DNA of 64,000 bases from Thermovirgaceae bacterium (GCA_040767805.1 JAXGNU010000001.1:207059-271058); one strand, 5' to 3'; counted from the first letter of the stretch, positions 36,845-46,690 are shown. The notes: generated by a model not told the origin, from the letters alone. Translations and numbers: made by a program.

Positions 36845-37594
36845 ATGCCGATCAGGCTTGTTTTTCATGGCGATTTGACCGGCCTCCTGAATAATCGGGG
36901 TCTTTTACCCGAAGCGACGCGGGATCTTTCCCGGGCGGCCCCTGTCAAGGACCTCATCGAATCGCAGGGGGTACCCCATACCGAGGTGGGCCGCATCAGA
37001 TCGAAGGGCCTGGAAAGGCCCTTCGCGCATGTCCCGGCTTGGGGGGAGACCGTGGAAGTACACCCCCACAGGCCTCCCGTTGACGTGTCCCTCCCCTCGG
37101 TCCTGTTCCCGGAACCTTTCAAAACGGTCGGCTTCGTGGCCGACGCGAATGTGGCCCGCCTAGGCGGACTTCTCAGGCTGGCGGGGTTCGACTGTCTCCT
37201 GGACCCCCGTTGGGATGATGCCCGGATCGCTGAAATCGCCGGCGCTAACAAAAGGATCCTTCTCACCAGGGACAAGGAACTGCTTAAGCGCAACAGGGTT
37301 ATTCGGGGCCGCCTGGTCCGCTCGGAGCGACCCTGGGACCAACTGGCCGAAGTGATCTATTTCTTTGGGATCAGCGACCGGATCGACCTCTTCAGCCGCT
37401 GCCCCAAGTGTAACGTCCCCCTGGAAAGGACCGAAAAGAGCGCCGTCATCGACCAGCTGGAGCCCCTGACCCGGATGATGTACGACCGTTTCACCCGGTG
37501 TCCCGGCTGTGGACAGGTCTACTGGTCGGGCTCCCACCACGGCCGCATTCGCGAAAAACTGGCGGCGGCGCTGGAGCAGGCTTCAAAAGACTGA
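36845..37594 (+). CDS. Mut7-C RNase (PIN-like) protein with N-terminal ubiquitin-like domain and C-terminal Zn ribbon
   Basis: KD.IES.GVPHTEV; F.AD....L...LR..GFD; LTRD; RC..CN; C..C..VYW.GSH. Confidence 0.88.
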   Translation: MPIRLVFHGDLTGLLNNRGLLPEATRDLSRAAPVKDLIESQGVPHTEVGRIRSKGLERPFAHVPAWGETVEVHPHRPPVDVSLPSVLFPEPFKTVGFVADANVARLGGLLRLAGFDCLLDPRWDDARIAEIAGANKRILLTRDKELLKRNRVIRGRLVRSERPWDQLAEVIYFFGISDRIDLFSRCPKCNVPLERTEKSAVIDQLEPLTRMMYDRFTRCPGCGQVYWSGSHHGRIREKLAAALEQASKD

Positions 37595-37619
37595 CCCCCG
37601 CTGGAGGCGCGGTGAGACC

Positions 37620-38984
37620 TTACTCCAGCTCCTTCAACACGCCCTCCAGGATGTCGGCTGCCTTCATCAGGTGCCCTTCGGAGATCACCAGCGGCGGCAG
37701 GAGCCTGGCGACGTTGTTGTGGTGACCGCCTACTTCTATCATCACTCCCCGCTGGTGGGCCAGTTTTCTCAACTGCTTCGTCAGGTCCGCGGCCGGCTTC
37801 CTGGTCCTCTTGTCCTCGACGATCTCGAGGGCGATCATGAGGCCGATCCCCCTGGCCTCACCCAGGATCCTGGATCTTTTCTCCATTTCCCTGAAGCGGG
37901 CCATCGCCTTTTCTCCCAATTGGGCGGCATACTCGGGGACCCTATTCTCGATCATCCATTCAAGCCCCGCGGCCCCGGCGGCGAAGGCTACCATGTTGCC
38001 CCTGAAGGTGCCGATGCTCTTCCCCGGGGGCATGGTGTTCAGCACTTCCCTGAAGGCGATGGCCGAAATGGGGAACCCCGCACCGCCCAGGGCCTTGCTC
38101 ATGGTGACTATGTCGGGGACAATGCCGGAATGCTCAAAGGCGAACATTTTGCCCGTCCTGCCGAGGCCGCACTGTATCTCGTCACAGATGAGAAGAATAC
38201 CCCTGGCTTCGGTGATCTCCCTGACCCTCTGGAGGAACAGCGGTCCGGGGATTATCGTCCCTCCCTCGCCCTGGACGGCCTCGAGGAGCACCGCCGCGGG
38301 TTTTGAAAAGCCGGAGTGGCTGTCATCGAGCACCCTCTCGAGGTTGTCGGCGGCGAACTCGTCGATCCTCTCTTCGGGACAGCCGAAGGGGTTCCTGTAC
38401 CTGTAGGGGAAGGGGAGGAACTGGAAACCCGGGGCCAGGGAACCGATGCCGTCCCTGTGACCGCTGTCGCTGGTGGCGGCCAGGGAAAGGCCCGTCATAC
38501 CATGGTAGGCGCCTTCGAAGACGATTATACCGTCCCTGCGGGTGTTGAACCTGGCCAGTTTTATCGCCTGCTCCACGGCGTCGGAACCGGTGGGCCCCCC
38601 GAAGAATACCCTGGAGAGCTCCGCAGGCAGGATTCGCCCCAGGACCCTGACCAATCTCATGCGGGCCTCGCTGGTTATATCAAGCGTGTGGGTGACCTTA
38701 TCGAGTTGCCCGCGGGCGGCCTCCAGGACAAAGGGGTGGGCGTGGCCCAGCGCCATGACCCCCGCCCCCGAGAAGCAGTCGATATAGACATTGCCGTCCA
38801 CGTCCTCGAGGGTGGCGCCTTTTCCCCGGGCCAGGGCCATGGGCATTCCCCGGGGATAGGAGACGGCGGAGCCCTCGAGCTCTTCCTGCATCCTCAGGAT
38901 CTCGAGAGATCTTGGCCCCGGGGGAGTCACCAACATCCGCGGCGCGTCCTTGACGGAAAGATCCTCGAAGTTATCCCAGTCCAT
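37620..38984 (-). CDS. Class III PLP aminotransferase, diaminobutyrate--2-oxoglutarate transaminase-like
   Basis: DC..GAG..ALGH, GPTGSDAVE, YHGMT, E.VQGEGG, DEIQCG.GRTG, SKALGG, GTFRGN. Confidence 0.85.
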   Translation of the reverse strand: MDWDNFEDLSVKDAPRMLVTPPGPRSLEILRMQEELEGSAVSYPRGMPMALARGKGATLEDVDGNVYIDCFSGAGVMALGHAHPFVLEAARGQLDKVTHTLDITSEARMRLVRVLGRILPAELSRVFFGGPTGSDAVEQAIKLARFNTRRDGIIVFEGAYHGMTGLSLAATSDSGHRDGIGSLAPGFQFLPFPYRYRNPFGCPEERIDEFAADNLERVLDDSHSGFSKPAAVLLEAVQGEGGTIIPGPLFLQRVREITEARGILLICDEIQCGLGRTGKMFAFEHSGIVPDIVTMSKALGGAGFPISAIAFREVLNTMPPGKSIGTFRGNMVAFAAGAAGLEWMIENRVPEYAAQLGEKAMARFREMEKRSRILGEARGIGLMIALEIVEDKRTRKPAADLTKQLRKLAHQRGVMIEVGGHHNNVARLLPPLVISEGHLMKAADILEGVLKELE

Positions 38985-39176
38985 TATCGATCCTCCCCAT
39001 TATCTTTTCCCTCCCGGTTCGTAAGGCACACGTACTGACCCAGCCTGGACCTCGGCAACCATGGCAGGCACTCTTGGTAGTCGCCGATCTTCCCCGCTAT
39101 TCGATCGGCGCGAGTCAATGTCGGTCCGTCTCCAGTTCCCGAGGTGAAAGGGGGCGAAACCAAAGGGCCGACGGTG

Positions 39177-39209
39177 AAAAAAGGCCGGGGGGAACCTCAC
39201 CCCGGCCTT
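39177..39209 (-). terminator. Intrinsic terminator after ABC system 2
   Basis: A6 run plus AAGGCCGGGG-N9-CCCCGGCCTT. Confidence 0.8.
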
Positions 39210-39260
39210 GCAACCCCCTTTCCCGACGACCCTTGGGTCATTGGGTACGGGTTTTCGCGG

Positions 39261-40415
39261 TCATTTCCTTGGGTCGATGACATCGGGGTCGTCCACTATG
39301 CCGTAACGGCGGAAAACCCCGTCCTTGACTATCTGGGCCTGGACCGGCTTGATGACCTCTCCGATCTCGGTGAAGCCCTTGATGACGCCCGTTACACCGT
39401 CGAAGTCCTTCAAGGCGGCGATGGCATCCCTGACCTTGTGCGGATCGGTTGTCCCGGCCCGCCTGATGCTGTCGACGATGATGAGGAACGCGTCGAAGTT
39501 GGAGGCACCCGTCATGTCAGGCTCCATGCCGTAACGTTCGCGATACTCCTTGATGTAGGCCTGGGCCACGGGCCTCTCGTCATCGCGGTCGAGGTTGGTC
39601 ACGATTATCGTCCCGTTGGCCGCCTCCACGCCTGCCAGTTCGATAAACTTGGGTGAATCGTAACCTTCTTCGCCGATGATCTGGGTCCTGAGCTTGATCT
39701 CGTGGGCCTGCTTCACTATTCCCGCCGCTTCGGCGTAATAACCGCTGGCGAGGATCACATCAGGGTCCGCCTCCTTGACGGCCGTCAGGTAGGGCATGAG
39801 GTCCTTCTCGCCCAGTGGGTAAACCTGGCTGTAGACCACCTTGGCCCCCTTGGAGACCACGTAGGACTTGAACCCCTCGGCCATCTGCCTGCCGAAATCG
39901 TTGTCCATGGTGAGCATACCCACGGTCTTCGCCTTCAGCATGTCGATGGCCACCACACCCGCGCCCCGGCCCTCAACGGTCCCGAGGAAACCGTTCCTGA
40001 AGCAGAAATCACCGGCCGCGGTAATATCGGGGTGGACGGCGTAACCGGCTACCAGGGGGATTTCAAACTCCTGGAAGAGGGGCGCGACCGCACGGGTGGG
40101 CATGCTGTAGGAACCGCCCACCACCGCGACGACCTTGTCCATCTGGACAAGTTTCCTAGCAAGACCGATCGCTTCCTTGGCCTCGCCGGCATCATCCTCG
40201 TAGAACAGCTCGATCTGCTTGCCGAGGACTCCTCCCTTGGCGTTGACCTGGTCTACCGCGAGCTGAACGGACTGCAGAACGGCCAGGCCATCAGCGGCGG
40301 CGTACCCTGTCAGTGGGGCAAGCAGGCCTATCCTGATCGTATCGGCGGCGGAAGCAGCGCCGACCGCTCCAAAGACCAGGACCAGCGCGAGGATCAGCAT
40401 CACCGTTCTTTTCAT
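39261..40415 (-). CDS. LIV-family ABC substrate-binding protein (system 2)
   Basis: Signal peptide, IGLLAPLTG, N..GG.LG..IEL..EDD, F.GVTG. Confidence 0.92.
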   Translation of the reverse strand: MKRTVMLILALVLVFGAVGAASAADTIRIGLLAPLTGYAAADGLAVLQSVQLAVDQVNAKGGVLGKQIELFYEDDAGEAKEAIGLARKLVQMDKVVAVVGGSYSMPTRAVAPLFQEFEIPLVAGYAVHPDITAAGDFCFRNGFLGTVEGRGAGVVAIDMLKAKTVGMLTMDNDFGRQMAEGFKSYVVSKGAKVVYSQVYPLGEKDLMPYLTAVKEADPDVILASGYYAEAAGIVKQAHEIKLRTQIIGEEGYDSPKFIELAGVEAANGTIIVTNLDRDDERPVAQAYIKEYRERYGMEPDMTGASNFDAFLIIVDSIRRAGTTDPHKVRDAIAALKDFDGVTGVIKGFTEIGEVIKPVQAQIVKDGVFRRYGIVDDPDVIDPRK

Positions 40416-40475
40416 GAAAAACCCTCCTTTTCGGTCCTATATGTACAGGCTCCTACTAGACCCGCCATTCCTGGC

Positions 40476-41231
40476 TTAAATACTGCCCCCAGCGGCATCA
40501 CCTCCCAAGTAAGCTTCCCGGACCTTTGGGTTTTGGCGTAAATCCGAAGCCTTGCCCTCCAGGGCTATCCGCCCTGTTTCGAGGATATAACCCCTATGGG
40601 CTATCGCCAGGGCCTTGACCGCGTTCTGCTCCACCAGCAGGATGGTCAGCCCCTTCTCATCGTTCAGCCTTTTCAGGACCGAGAAGACCAGGTCCACCAA
40701 CTTGGGCATCAGCCCCATGGATATTTCGTCTACCAGGAGGATCCTTGGGCTTGACACCAGCGCCCGGGCTATGGCCAGCTGCTGCTGCTCACCCCCGGAA
40801 AGGGTCTGCCCCGCTTGCCGTCTCCTCTCCTTCAGCACGGGGAAGAGCTCGTAGACCTCACCGAAAGCCCGTTCCGCATCGAGACTGCCCGAGAGGCCGT
40901 AGACCCCCATCCTCAGGTTCTGTTCCACCGTCAGGTTGGGGAAGACCCTGGCCCTTTCCGGCACGATCCGGATCCCCAAGGCCGCTCTTTCATGGGCGGG
41001 GAGTTGTAGGATATCCCGCCTCCCGTTACCACCTTCTTTAGAGGGTTCAACGTAAAGCGCCCTGCCTGACCTGGCCTTTACAAGGCCCATCAGGGTATTC
41101 AAAAGGGTCGTCTTGCCGGCGCCGTTGGCACCGATTATCGATACCATTTCCCCGGCTTCCAGGGAGAAGGAGACATCTTGCAGGGCCAGGATGTCCCCGT
41201 AGGCAACGGTCAGGTTCTCGACTTCAAGCAT
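40476..41231 (-). CDS. LIV-family ABC ATP-binding protein (LivF-like, system 2)
   Basis: GANGAGKTT, LSGGEQQ, LLVDE, VEQN. Confidence 0.92.
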   Translation of the reverse strand: MLEVENLTVAYGDILALQDVSFSLEAGEMVSIIGANGAGKTTLLNTLMGLVKARSGRALYVEPSKEGGNGRRDILQLPAHERAALGIRIVPERARVFPNLTVEQNLRMGVYGLSGSLDAERAFGEVYELFPVLKERRRQAGQTLSGGEQQQLAIARALVSSPRILLVDEISMGLMPKLVDLVFSVLKRLNDEKGLTILLVEQNAVKALAIAHRGYILETGRIALEGKASDLRQNPKVREAYLGGDAAGGSI

Positions 41232-41235
41232 GGCC

Positions 41236-42000
41236 TTATTCCCCCTTCCCGAGGTAGGCCTCGATAACCTTCTCATTGGACCTTACCTCGTCGGGAGTGC
41301 CTTCCGCCAATTTACCCCCGTGGTCGAGCACCACGAGCCTCTCGCACAGCGACATGGCCACCCTCATGTTATGCTCGATCAGGAGGATCGTGAATCCCCT
41401 TTCCTGGATTTTCCTGACCAACCCCATCATCCGCCCGACCTCTTCCTGGCTCAGGCCCGAGAAGGATTCGTCAAGGAGCAGCAGTTTAGGCCCCAGCGCC
41501 AAGGCCCTCGCCAATTCAAGGCGCCTCAGGTTCCCCAGGGAAAGGATGGAGGCCGGGCTGTCAGCGAAGTCTTCGAGGCCGACTTCATGAAGGAATGCCA
41601 TGGCCTGCTCGTGGTTCTTGCTGCTGTTGAAAAGGAGGCTGCTTTTGATGAAAGACCCGTATCTCGGCATGCCGAGTCCGACCATGACGTTGTTCAGTAC
41701 CGTCATCCCGCCGAAGGGCCTCACGATCTGGAAGGTGCGCCCCACTCCCCTGGCGGCGATGGAATGGGCCGGCAGACCGTCGATGCGACTGCCGTCGAGG
41801 AAGACCTGTCCCGACGTGGGGCGGTACACCCCGGAGATGACGTTAAAGCAGGTGGTCTTCCCCGCGCCGTTGGGCCCGATCAGGCCCAGGATCTCTCCCC
41901 GACGTACGTGAAAGGAGACGTTGTCAACCGCTTTAAGCCCCCCGAAATGGCGGCTCATCTTCTCCACGCGGAGGATCAGGTCCTCACCGGGCATGCTCAT
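41236..42000 (-). CDS. LIV-family ABC ATP-binding protein (LivG-like, system 2)
   Basis: FGGL.AV, GPNGAGKTT, RTFQ, LLLDE, IEH, AYLG. Confidence 0.92.
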   Translation of the reverse strand: MSMPGEDLILRVEKMSRHFGGLKAVDNVSFHVRRGEILGLIGPNGAGKTTCFNVISGVYRPTSGQVFLDGSRIDGLPAHSIAARGVGRTFQIVRPFGGMTVLNNVMVGLGMPRYGSFIKSSLLFNSSKNHEQAMAFLHEVGLEDFADSPASILSLGNLRRLELARALALGPKLLLLDESFSGLSQEEVGRMMGLVRKIQERGFTILLIEHNMRVAMSLCERLVVLDHGGKLAEGTPDEVRSNEKVIEAYLGKGE

Positions 42001-42869
42001 TGCCTCCTCCGGGAGACGAGTCGGCTTAATACGCTGCCTTCACCTAGAATCCCCTGGGGCTGGAACCGGATGACCAGCAAAAGAGCGGCGCCGTAGAGGA
42101 ACATCCGGTACTGGACCAGGGGCCTGAAGAGCTCGGGCAGGGAGCCAAGAACGATCGCCCCCAGTATGGGCCCCCAGATGCTCCCCATGCCTCCGAGCAC
42201 GGCCATGGAGAGCAGCATGATGGATACGGGAAAACCGAAGTCGTCGGGGCTTATGAAATTGACGAAATGAGCGTAAAGCACACCCCCAAGACCGGCCATG
42301 GCGCTCCCGATCGTAAAGGCGAGGATCTTGAAGCGAACGTGGGAGATGCCCATGGCCCCGGCGGCGGTCTCCTCCTCCCTTATGGCTTCCGTGGCGAGAC
42401 CGGTCCAGGTCCTGACGAAAAGGAAGGTGAACCAGGTCACCAGGGCCAGCAGGACCGCTACGAGGGCCAGGTAGTACTGCCCCCTGAGCTTCGTGGCGAA
42501 CAGGATCGGGGTCGGGATACCCCCTATTCCCAGCGCCCCGCCGAAAAAGGGAACATAAAGGAAGATGCTCCTGACGATGAAGTTGATGCCAATGGTGGTG
42601 ATCGCGAGGAAATCATCCCTGACCCGCAGGCTGGGTATACCCAGCAACGCACCGATCATGCCGGTGATCAGCGTGGCCAGGGGGAGGCTCCACCAGAAAG
42701 ACAAGCCCGCCTTCGTGCAAAGCAGGGCCGTGGAATAGGCCCCGATGCCGAAAAAGGCGGCGTGTCCCAGGGAAATCTGCCCGGCGAAACCGACGATGAT
42801 GTTAAGGCCGGAAGCGACAAGGGCGTAAATTCCTATCATTATGGCCACGGTCGAGAAGTAACCACCCAT
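41997..42869 (-). CDS. LIV-family ABC permease (LivM-like, system 2)
   Basis: GLN...G.AGQISLGHAAFFGIGAY, LGG.GS..GP. Confidence 0.9.
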   Translation of the reverse strand: MGGYFSTVAIMIGIYALVASGLNIIVGFAGQISLGHAAFFGIGAYSTALLCTKAGLSFWWSLPLATLITGMIGALLGIPSLRVRDDFLAITTIGINFIVRSIFLYVPFFGGALGIGGIPTPILFATKLRGQYYLALVAVLLALVTWFTFLFVRTWTGLATEAIREEETAAGAMGISHVRFKILAFTIGSAMAGLGGVLYAHFVNFISPDDFGFPVSIMLLSMAVLGGMGSIWGPILGAIVLGSLPELFRPLVQYRMFLYGAALLLVIRFQPQGILGEGSVLSRLVSRRRQ

Positions 42870-42881
42870 CGCTCCAGCCCC

Positions 42882-43763
42882 CTATCTCGTCTTCTTGCCC
42901 AGGAGTCCCTGGGGCCGGATCATGAACACGATTATCATGGCGATGAAGGCCAGCGCGTCCCTGGGAAGCGGGATGGCTGCGTAACCGATCAGCAGGGCTT
43001 CGGCCAGGCCGAGCAGCAAGGCCGCCAGGACAGCCCCCGGTATGCTCCCCAGGCCGCCGACCACGATGATGGCGAGGGTCTTGTAGGCCGGCACGGCACC
43101 CATGGTCGGGTAGACCTGGTTGTAATAGATCCCCACCAGGACCCCCGCGACAGCGGCCACCGCGGAGCCCAGGGCGAAGGTTATGGAGATGATCCTCTTC
43201 GTATCGACACCCATGGCGCTCGCCATCGCCATATCCTGAGAGGTGGCCTGCATGGCCAGGCCTACCTCGGTTCTGTCCGAGATGAACCACTGGACCAGGA
43301 GGATAACCAAGGAAGTGAGGAGCACAAGGATCTGCATGCCTCCCAGGCTTACGGGCCCCAGGGTCAGGGAGTCCAGGGCCAGCCTCCTGGGGAACCCCAA
43401 GATGTAGGGCCCGGCGACTATCCTGCAGAGTTCCTCGATGGAGAGGAAGATGGCGATGCTGGCGATGAGGGGCACGTAGGGCGGGAACTTGAGGAGTGGG
43501 TAGTAGACCAGCTTCTCGATGGCCACCCCCACCAGGGCGCAGGCCGCCATGGCGACGGCGATGGCCACTAAGTAGCTATCGGTGGCCTGAAAGGTGTAAA
43601 GCCCCACGTAGGCACCGATGGTATAGACGCCCGCGTGCGCTACGTGAAGGATCCTGAGGATGCCGTAGACCATCGCCAGCCCAAGAGCCATGAGGGCGTA
43701 GATCGAGCCGACGGCGAGTCCGTTGATAAGATGTTCGGTGAATAGCTGCATATTCCACCCCAC
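42882..43763 (-). CDS. LIV-family ABC permease (LivH-like, system 2)
   Basis: NGL..GSIYAL.ALGL..VYG, GG.GSIPGA, RP.GLLG. Confidence 0.9.
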   Translation of the reverse strand: MGWNMQLFTEHLINGLAVGSIYALMALGLAMVYGILRILHVAHAGVYTIGAYVGLYTFQATDSYLVAIAVAMAACALVGVAIEKLVYYPLLKFPPYVPLIASIAIFLSIEELCRIVAGPYILGFPRRLALDSLTLGPVSLGGMQILVLLTSLVILLVQWFISDRTEVGLAMQATSQDMAMASAMGVDTKRIISITFALGSAVAAVAGVLVGIYYNQVYPTMGAVPAYKTLAIIVVGGLGSIPGAVLAALLLGLAEALLIGYAAIPLPRDALAFIAMIIVFMIRPQGLLGKKTR

Positions 43764-43986
43764 TAGTCGAGATCGTAACCCAAAAGAAAAGCCCCGAAGT
43801 CCGATGCCGGAGGACGATAAAAGGATTACTTCTCTTCAGGGTTGCATCTCCAGAAGGACCGAGAAGCACCAGCGACTTCGGAGAGTGGACCTATCGATCG
43901 AACATCTTGCCTTTTTACGATATCATTGACCTGCCAAGAGTCAAGTGTCATTTCGAATTTCAAAAGACCCCGTGGAGGGTGAGGCC

Positions 43987-44661
43987 GTGAAAAATTACTA
44001 TTCCGGCAAGTTGAACGCCGCCCTGCTGATGGAAGTTTACCGGACGGACCTGGAGAGAGTAAGGCAATACCTTCAGGCCGAGATATCCTACGTCGCCAGG
44101 TACCTCACCGGCACCGAAAGGGTACTGGAACTGGGAGCGGGGTACGGGAGGATAATGAAGGCGATCGCGCCCTTCGCCGCTTCCGTTCTCGGGCTGGATA
44201 TCTCCATGGATTCGGTCCTCTTCGGGAGGGAGTACCTCAAAGACGTCCCAAACTGCAGGCTCGAGACCGCCGACGCTCATCTCATCGAGTACCGGTCGGA
44301 ATTCGAGATGGTCCTCTGCCTTCAGAACGGCCTCTCGGCGATGAAAGGCGACCCCCTGAACCTGGTGATCCGGGGTGTGAGGGCCCTGGTCAAGGGCGGA
44401 AAAGCCTTTTTCAGCACCTACAGCGAAAAATTCTGGGGCCCCAGGGTGGAATGGTTTGAAGAGCAGGCAGCCAAGGGGCTACTGGGAGAAATCGACCGGG
44501 AAAGGACCAAGGATGGCAAGATCGTCTGCCGGGACGGCTTCACCGCCACGACCTTCTCGAGGGACGACCTGGACCGGATGGGCCGGGCCGCCGGCCTTCC
44601 CTACGTGATCGAGGAGGTCGATGAGTCCAGCCTTTTCCTGGTCATCGATCGAAGAGAGTAG
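43987..44661 (+). CDS. Class I SAM-dependent methyltransferase
   Basis: VLELGAGYGR, GLDIS; GTG start inferred from the GGAGG RBS. Confidence 0.85.
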   Translation: MKNYYSGKLNAALLMEVYRTDLERVRQYLQAEISYVARYLTGTERVLELGAGYGRIMKAIAPFAASVLGLDISMDSVLFGREYLKDVPNCRLETADAHLIEYRSEFEMVLCLQNGLSAMKGDPLNLVIRGVRALVKGGKAFFSTYSEKFWGPRVEWFEEQAAKGLLGEIDRERTKDGKIVCRDGFTATTFSRDDLDRMGRAAGLPYVIEEVDESSLFLVIDRRE

Positions 44662-44694
44662 TTTACTTGTGAGCAGGGGCGCACGGCGAGGCCT

Positions 44695-45729
44695 CTACTC
44701 CACTTTGAATATCCACCCCTCCGGGGCCTCGATGTCGCCGAACTGGATCCCCGTGAGCGTATCGTACAACTTCCTGGTCACCGGCCCGACCTCGGTCTCG
44801 CTGTAGAAGACATGGAGCCTGCCCCTGTACTCGATCCCTCCGATGGGCGTGATCACGGCGGCCGTCCCGCAAGCCCCGGCCTCCGAGAGTTCGTCAAGCC
44901 TGTCGATATATACATCTCTCTCCTCGGCCACTATGCCGAGATACCCCCTCGCCACCTCCAGGAGGGCCTTCCTGGTGACGCTTGGGAGGATCGACGGCGA
45001 ACAGGGGGTGATGAACCTGCCATCCCTGGTGATGCCGAAGAAGTTGGCCGCCCCTACTTCCTCGATCTTGGTATGGGTGGCCGGGTCCAGGTAAACGCAA
45101 TCGGCGAAACCCCTCCGCTTCGCCAGTTCATGGGGCAACAGGCTGGCGGCATAGTTGCCGCCCACCTTCGCGGCTCCGGTACCAAAGGAGGCTGCCCTGT
45201 CGTACCCCGAAACGGTGAAATTCACAGGCGTAAGACCGCCCTTGAAGTAAGCGCCCACGGGCGTGCAGAAGACGCTGAAGATGTACTCCGGGGCCGGGGA
45301 GACGCCGATGAGGTCGCCCACGCCTATGACAAAGGGCCTGAGGTAAAGGGTGCCGCCCGTGCCGTAGGGCGGGACATAGGCATCGTTGGCCTTCACGACC
45401 CGCAGGCAGGCGTCAATAAACTTCTCAACCGGCACCGGGGGCATGATGCACCTGCGACAGCTGTCCTGCATCCTCTTCGCGTTCTGGTCCACCCTGAAAA
45501 GCTGGATCTTCCCAGACTGCGTCCTATAGGCCTTGAGCCCCTCGAAGCAGCCCTGCCCATAATGGAAAATACTTGAAGCCTCGCTTATGCAGATCTGGTT
45601 GTCCTCCACCATCCGCCCCTCGTCCCAGCCACCGTCCTTCCATTTGGAAAGGTAACGGAAGTCCGTCTTCATGTACCGGAACCCCAGGTTTTTCCAATCG
45701 ATGTCCACCGGCTCACTCATCTTCTTCAC
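44695..45729 (-). CDS. ilvE: Branched-chain amino acid aminotransferase
   Basis: HYGQ..FEGLKAY, LYLRPF, KVGGNYA, EEVGAANFF, GTAAVITP. Confidence 0.93.
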   Translation of the reverse strand: MKKMSEPVDIDWKNLGFRYMKTDFRYLSKWKDGGWDEGRMVEDNQICISEASSIFHYGQGCFEGLKAYRTQSGKIQLFRVDQNAKRMQDSCRRCIMPPVPVEKFIDACLRVVKANDAYVPPYGTGGTLYLRPFVIGVGDLIGVSPAPEYIFSVFCTPVGAYFKGGLTPVNFTVSGYDRAASFGTGAAKVGGNYAASLLPHELAKRRGFADCVYLDPATHTKIEEVGAANFFGITRDGRFITPCSPSILPSVTRKALLEVARGYLGIVAEERDVYIDRLDELSEAGACGTAAVITPIGGIEYRGRLHVFYSETEVGPVTRKLYDTLTGIQFGDIEAPEGWIFKVE

Positions 45730-45990
45730 CCCCAGCTACGATGGGTAACCCCGGATCTTCACCTTTTCTTCCGGACGCTCGGGATAGGATCGATGTGCGC
45801 CCCCGGGTGATAGACCTGCAACCCCGGTTCCGCCTGGGAAGGCACCGAGGGGGCCTACTCCCTTCTCCGCAGGCATGTCGCTTTTATGGATGAGGATAGG
45901 GCTTTCCCCAAGGACCAGGACACATCTTCGAATCTCATTAAAATGGATCCCTTCTTGACAGGGTTGAAGGGCGAGAGACAGGCCTGAAAT

Positions 45991-46166
45991 AACCGGGGCC
46001 TCCCTCTTCCATGCTACCCGCGGGTGTCGGGCTCCCGGCCGCTTCAACTCAAACGTAACCTCACCCCTCGGACTCCATCCGATACAACGCTCCGGAGTAC
46101 TTGGGTTGTGCATGTACCCCCTTTCGGGCTAGCGGGCAACGCTTCTTCAGCCCGGGAGACCCGGGG
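45991..46166 (-). ncRNA. Putative ~175-nt structured non-coding RNA, possibly 6S RNA
   Basis: Intergenic; termini pair (CCGGGUCUCCC/GGGAGGCCCCGG); nested stems GUUGCCCGC/GCGGGUAGC, CAACCCAA/UUGAGUUG and ACUCC/GGAGU; CCC-GAAA-GGG tetraloop; folded by eye only. Confidence 0.45.
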
Positions 46167-46238
46167 TGCCATCGCTCCTATTTTGAGGACACCCTTTCCT
46201 AATATTTCCACCCACCGACGGCCGTCGCGCCTTTTGTT

Positions 46239-46661
46239 CTAAAGGCCCTGGTCCTGCAGGTAGGCTCTCTCCCTGGCCCCGTCCATGAGCAGGGCCCAGT
46301 CGACCACGGCCCTGGTGTGTTTCCCCGTGGCGACGGTACCCATGTGGTCCCATGCCAGCAGGTCGTAGTTTATCTTGTTGCGGTCGATGTCCCGAAGGGT
46401 GGCCTTGAAGTTGACCGTCGTGCCTATATAGGAAGGGACCTCGTGGGAGATCTCGATGCTCTGCCCCACGGTGATGTACCCTTCCGGAAGATATTTGTCG
46501 GTAGCCTCGATAGCCGCCCTTATGAAGGCCTTCACGCAGGCCGAGGTGGCCAGAAGCTGGTCGAGTTTGGGTGAAAAATTGCCGACCGCTTCCTCGCTGG
46601 TCACAGTCAACTTGAACTCATGGGAATACCCCGGGGCGAGGTAGTCCTTCAGATCGATCAT
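46239..46661 (-). CDS. Hotdog-fold thioesterase (fluoroacetyl-CoA thioesterase-like)
   Basis: LAT, LPEG.ITVG..I.I.H..P..IG, G.H.R.VV. Confidence 0.8.
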   Translation of the reverse strand: MIDLKDYLAPGYSHEFKLTVTSEEAVGNFSPKLDQLLATSACVKAFIRAAIEATDKYLPEGYITVGQSIEISHEVPSYIGTTVNFKATLRDIDRNKINYDLLAWDHMGTVATGKHTRAVVDWALLMDGARERAYLQDQGL

Positions 46662-46690
46662 GACACCTCCTCCTTCCGGTCTTACAGTGG

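Noticed and set aside
36845..37594. Mut7-C RNase/ubiquitin-like fusion as a novel toxin or defence system
   Set aside because: This is a known, widespread architecture, and no antitoxin or defence partner is adjacent.
37620..38984. Class III-fold amino-acid racemase/epimerase
   Set aside because: The motif reads QGEGG (Glu, transaminase type) rather than the QGDxG typical of those racemases, and other motifs match Dat/EctB.
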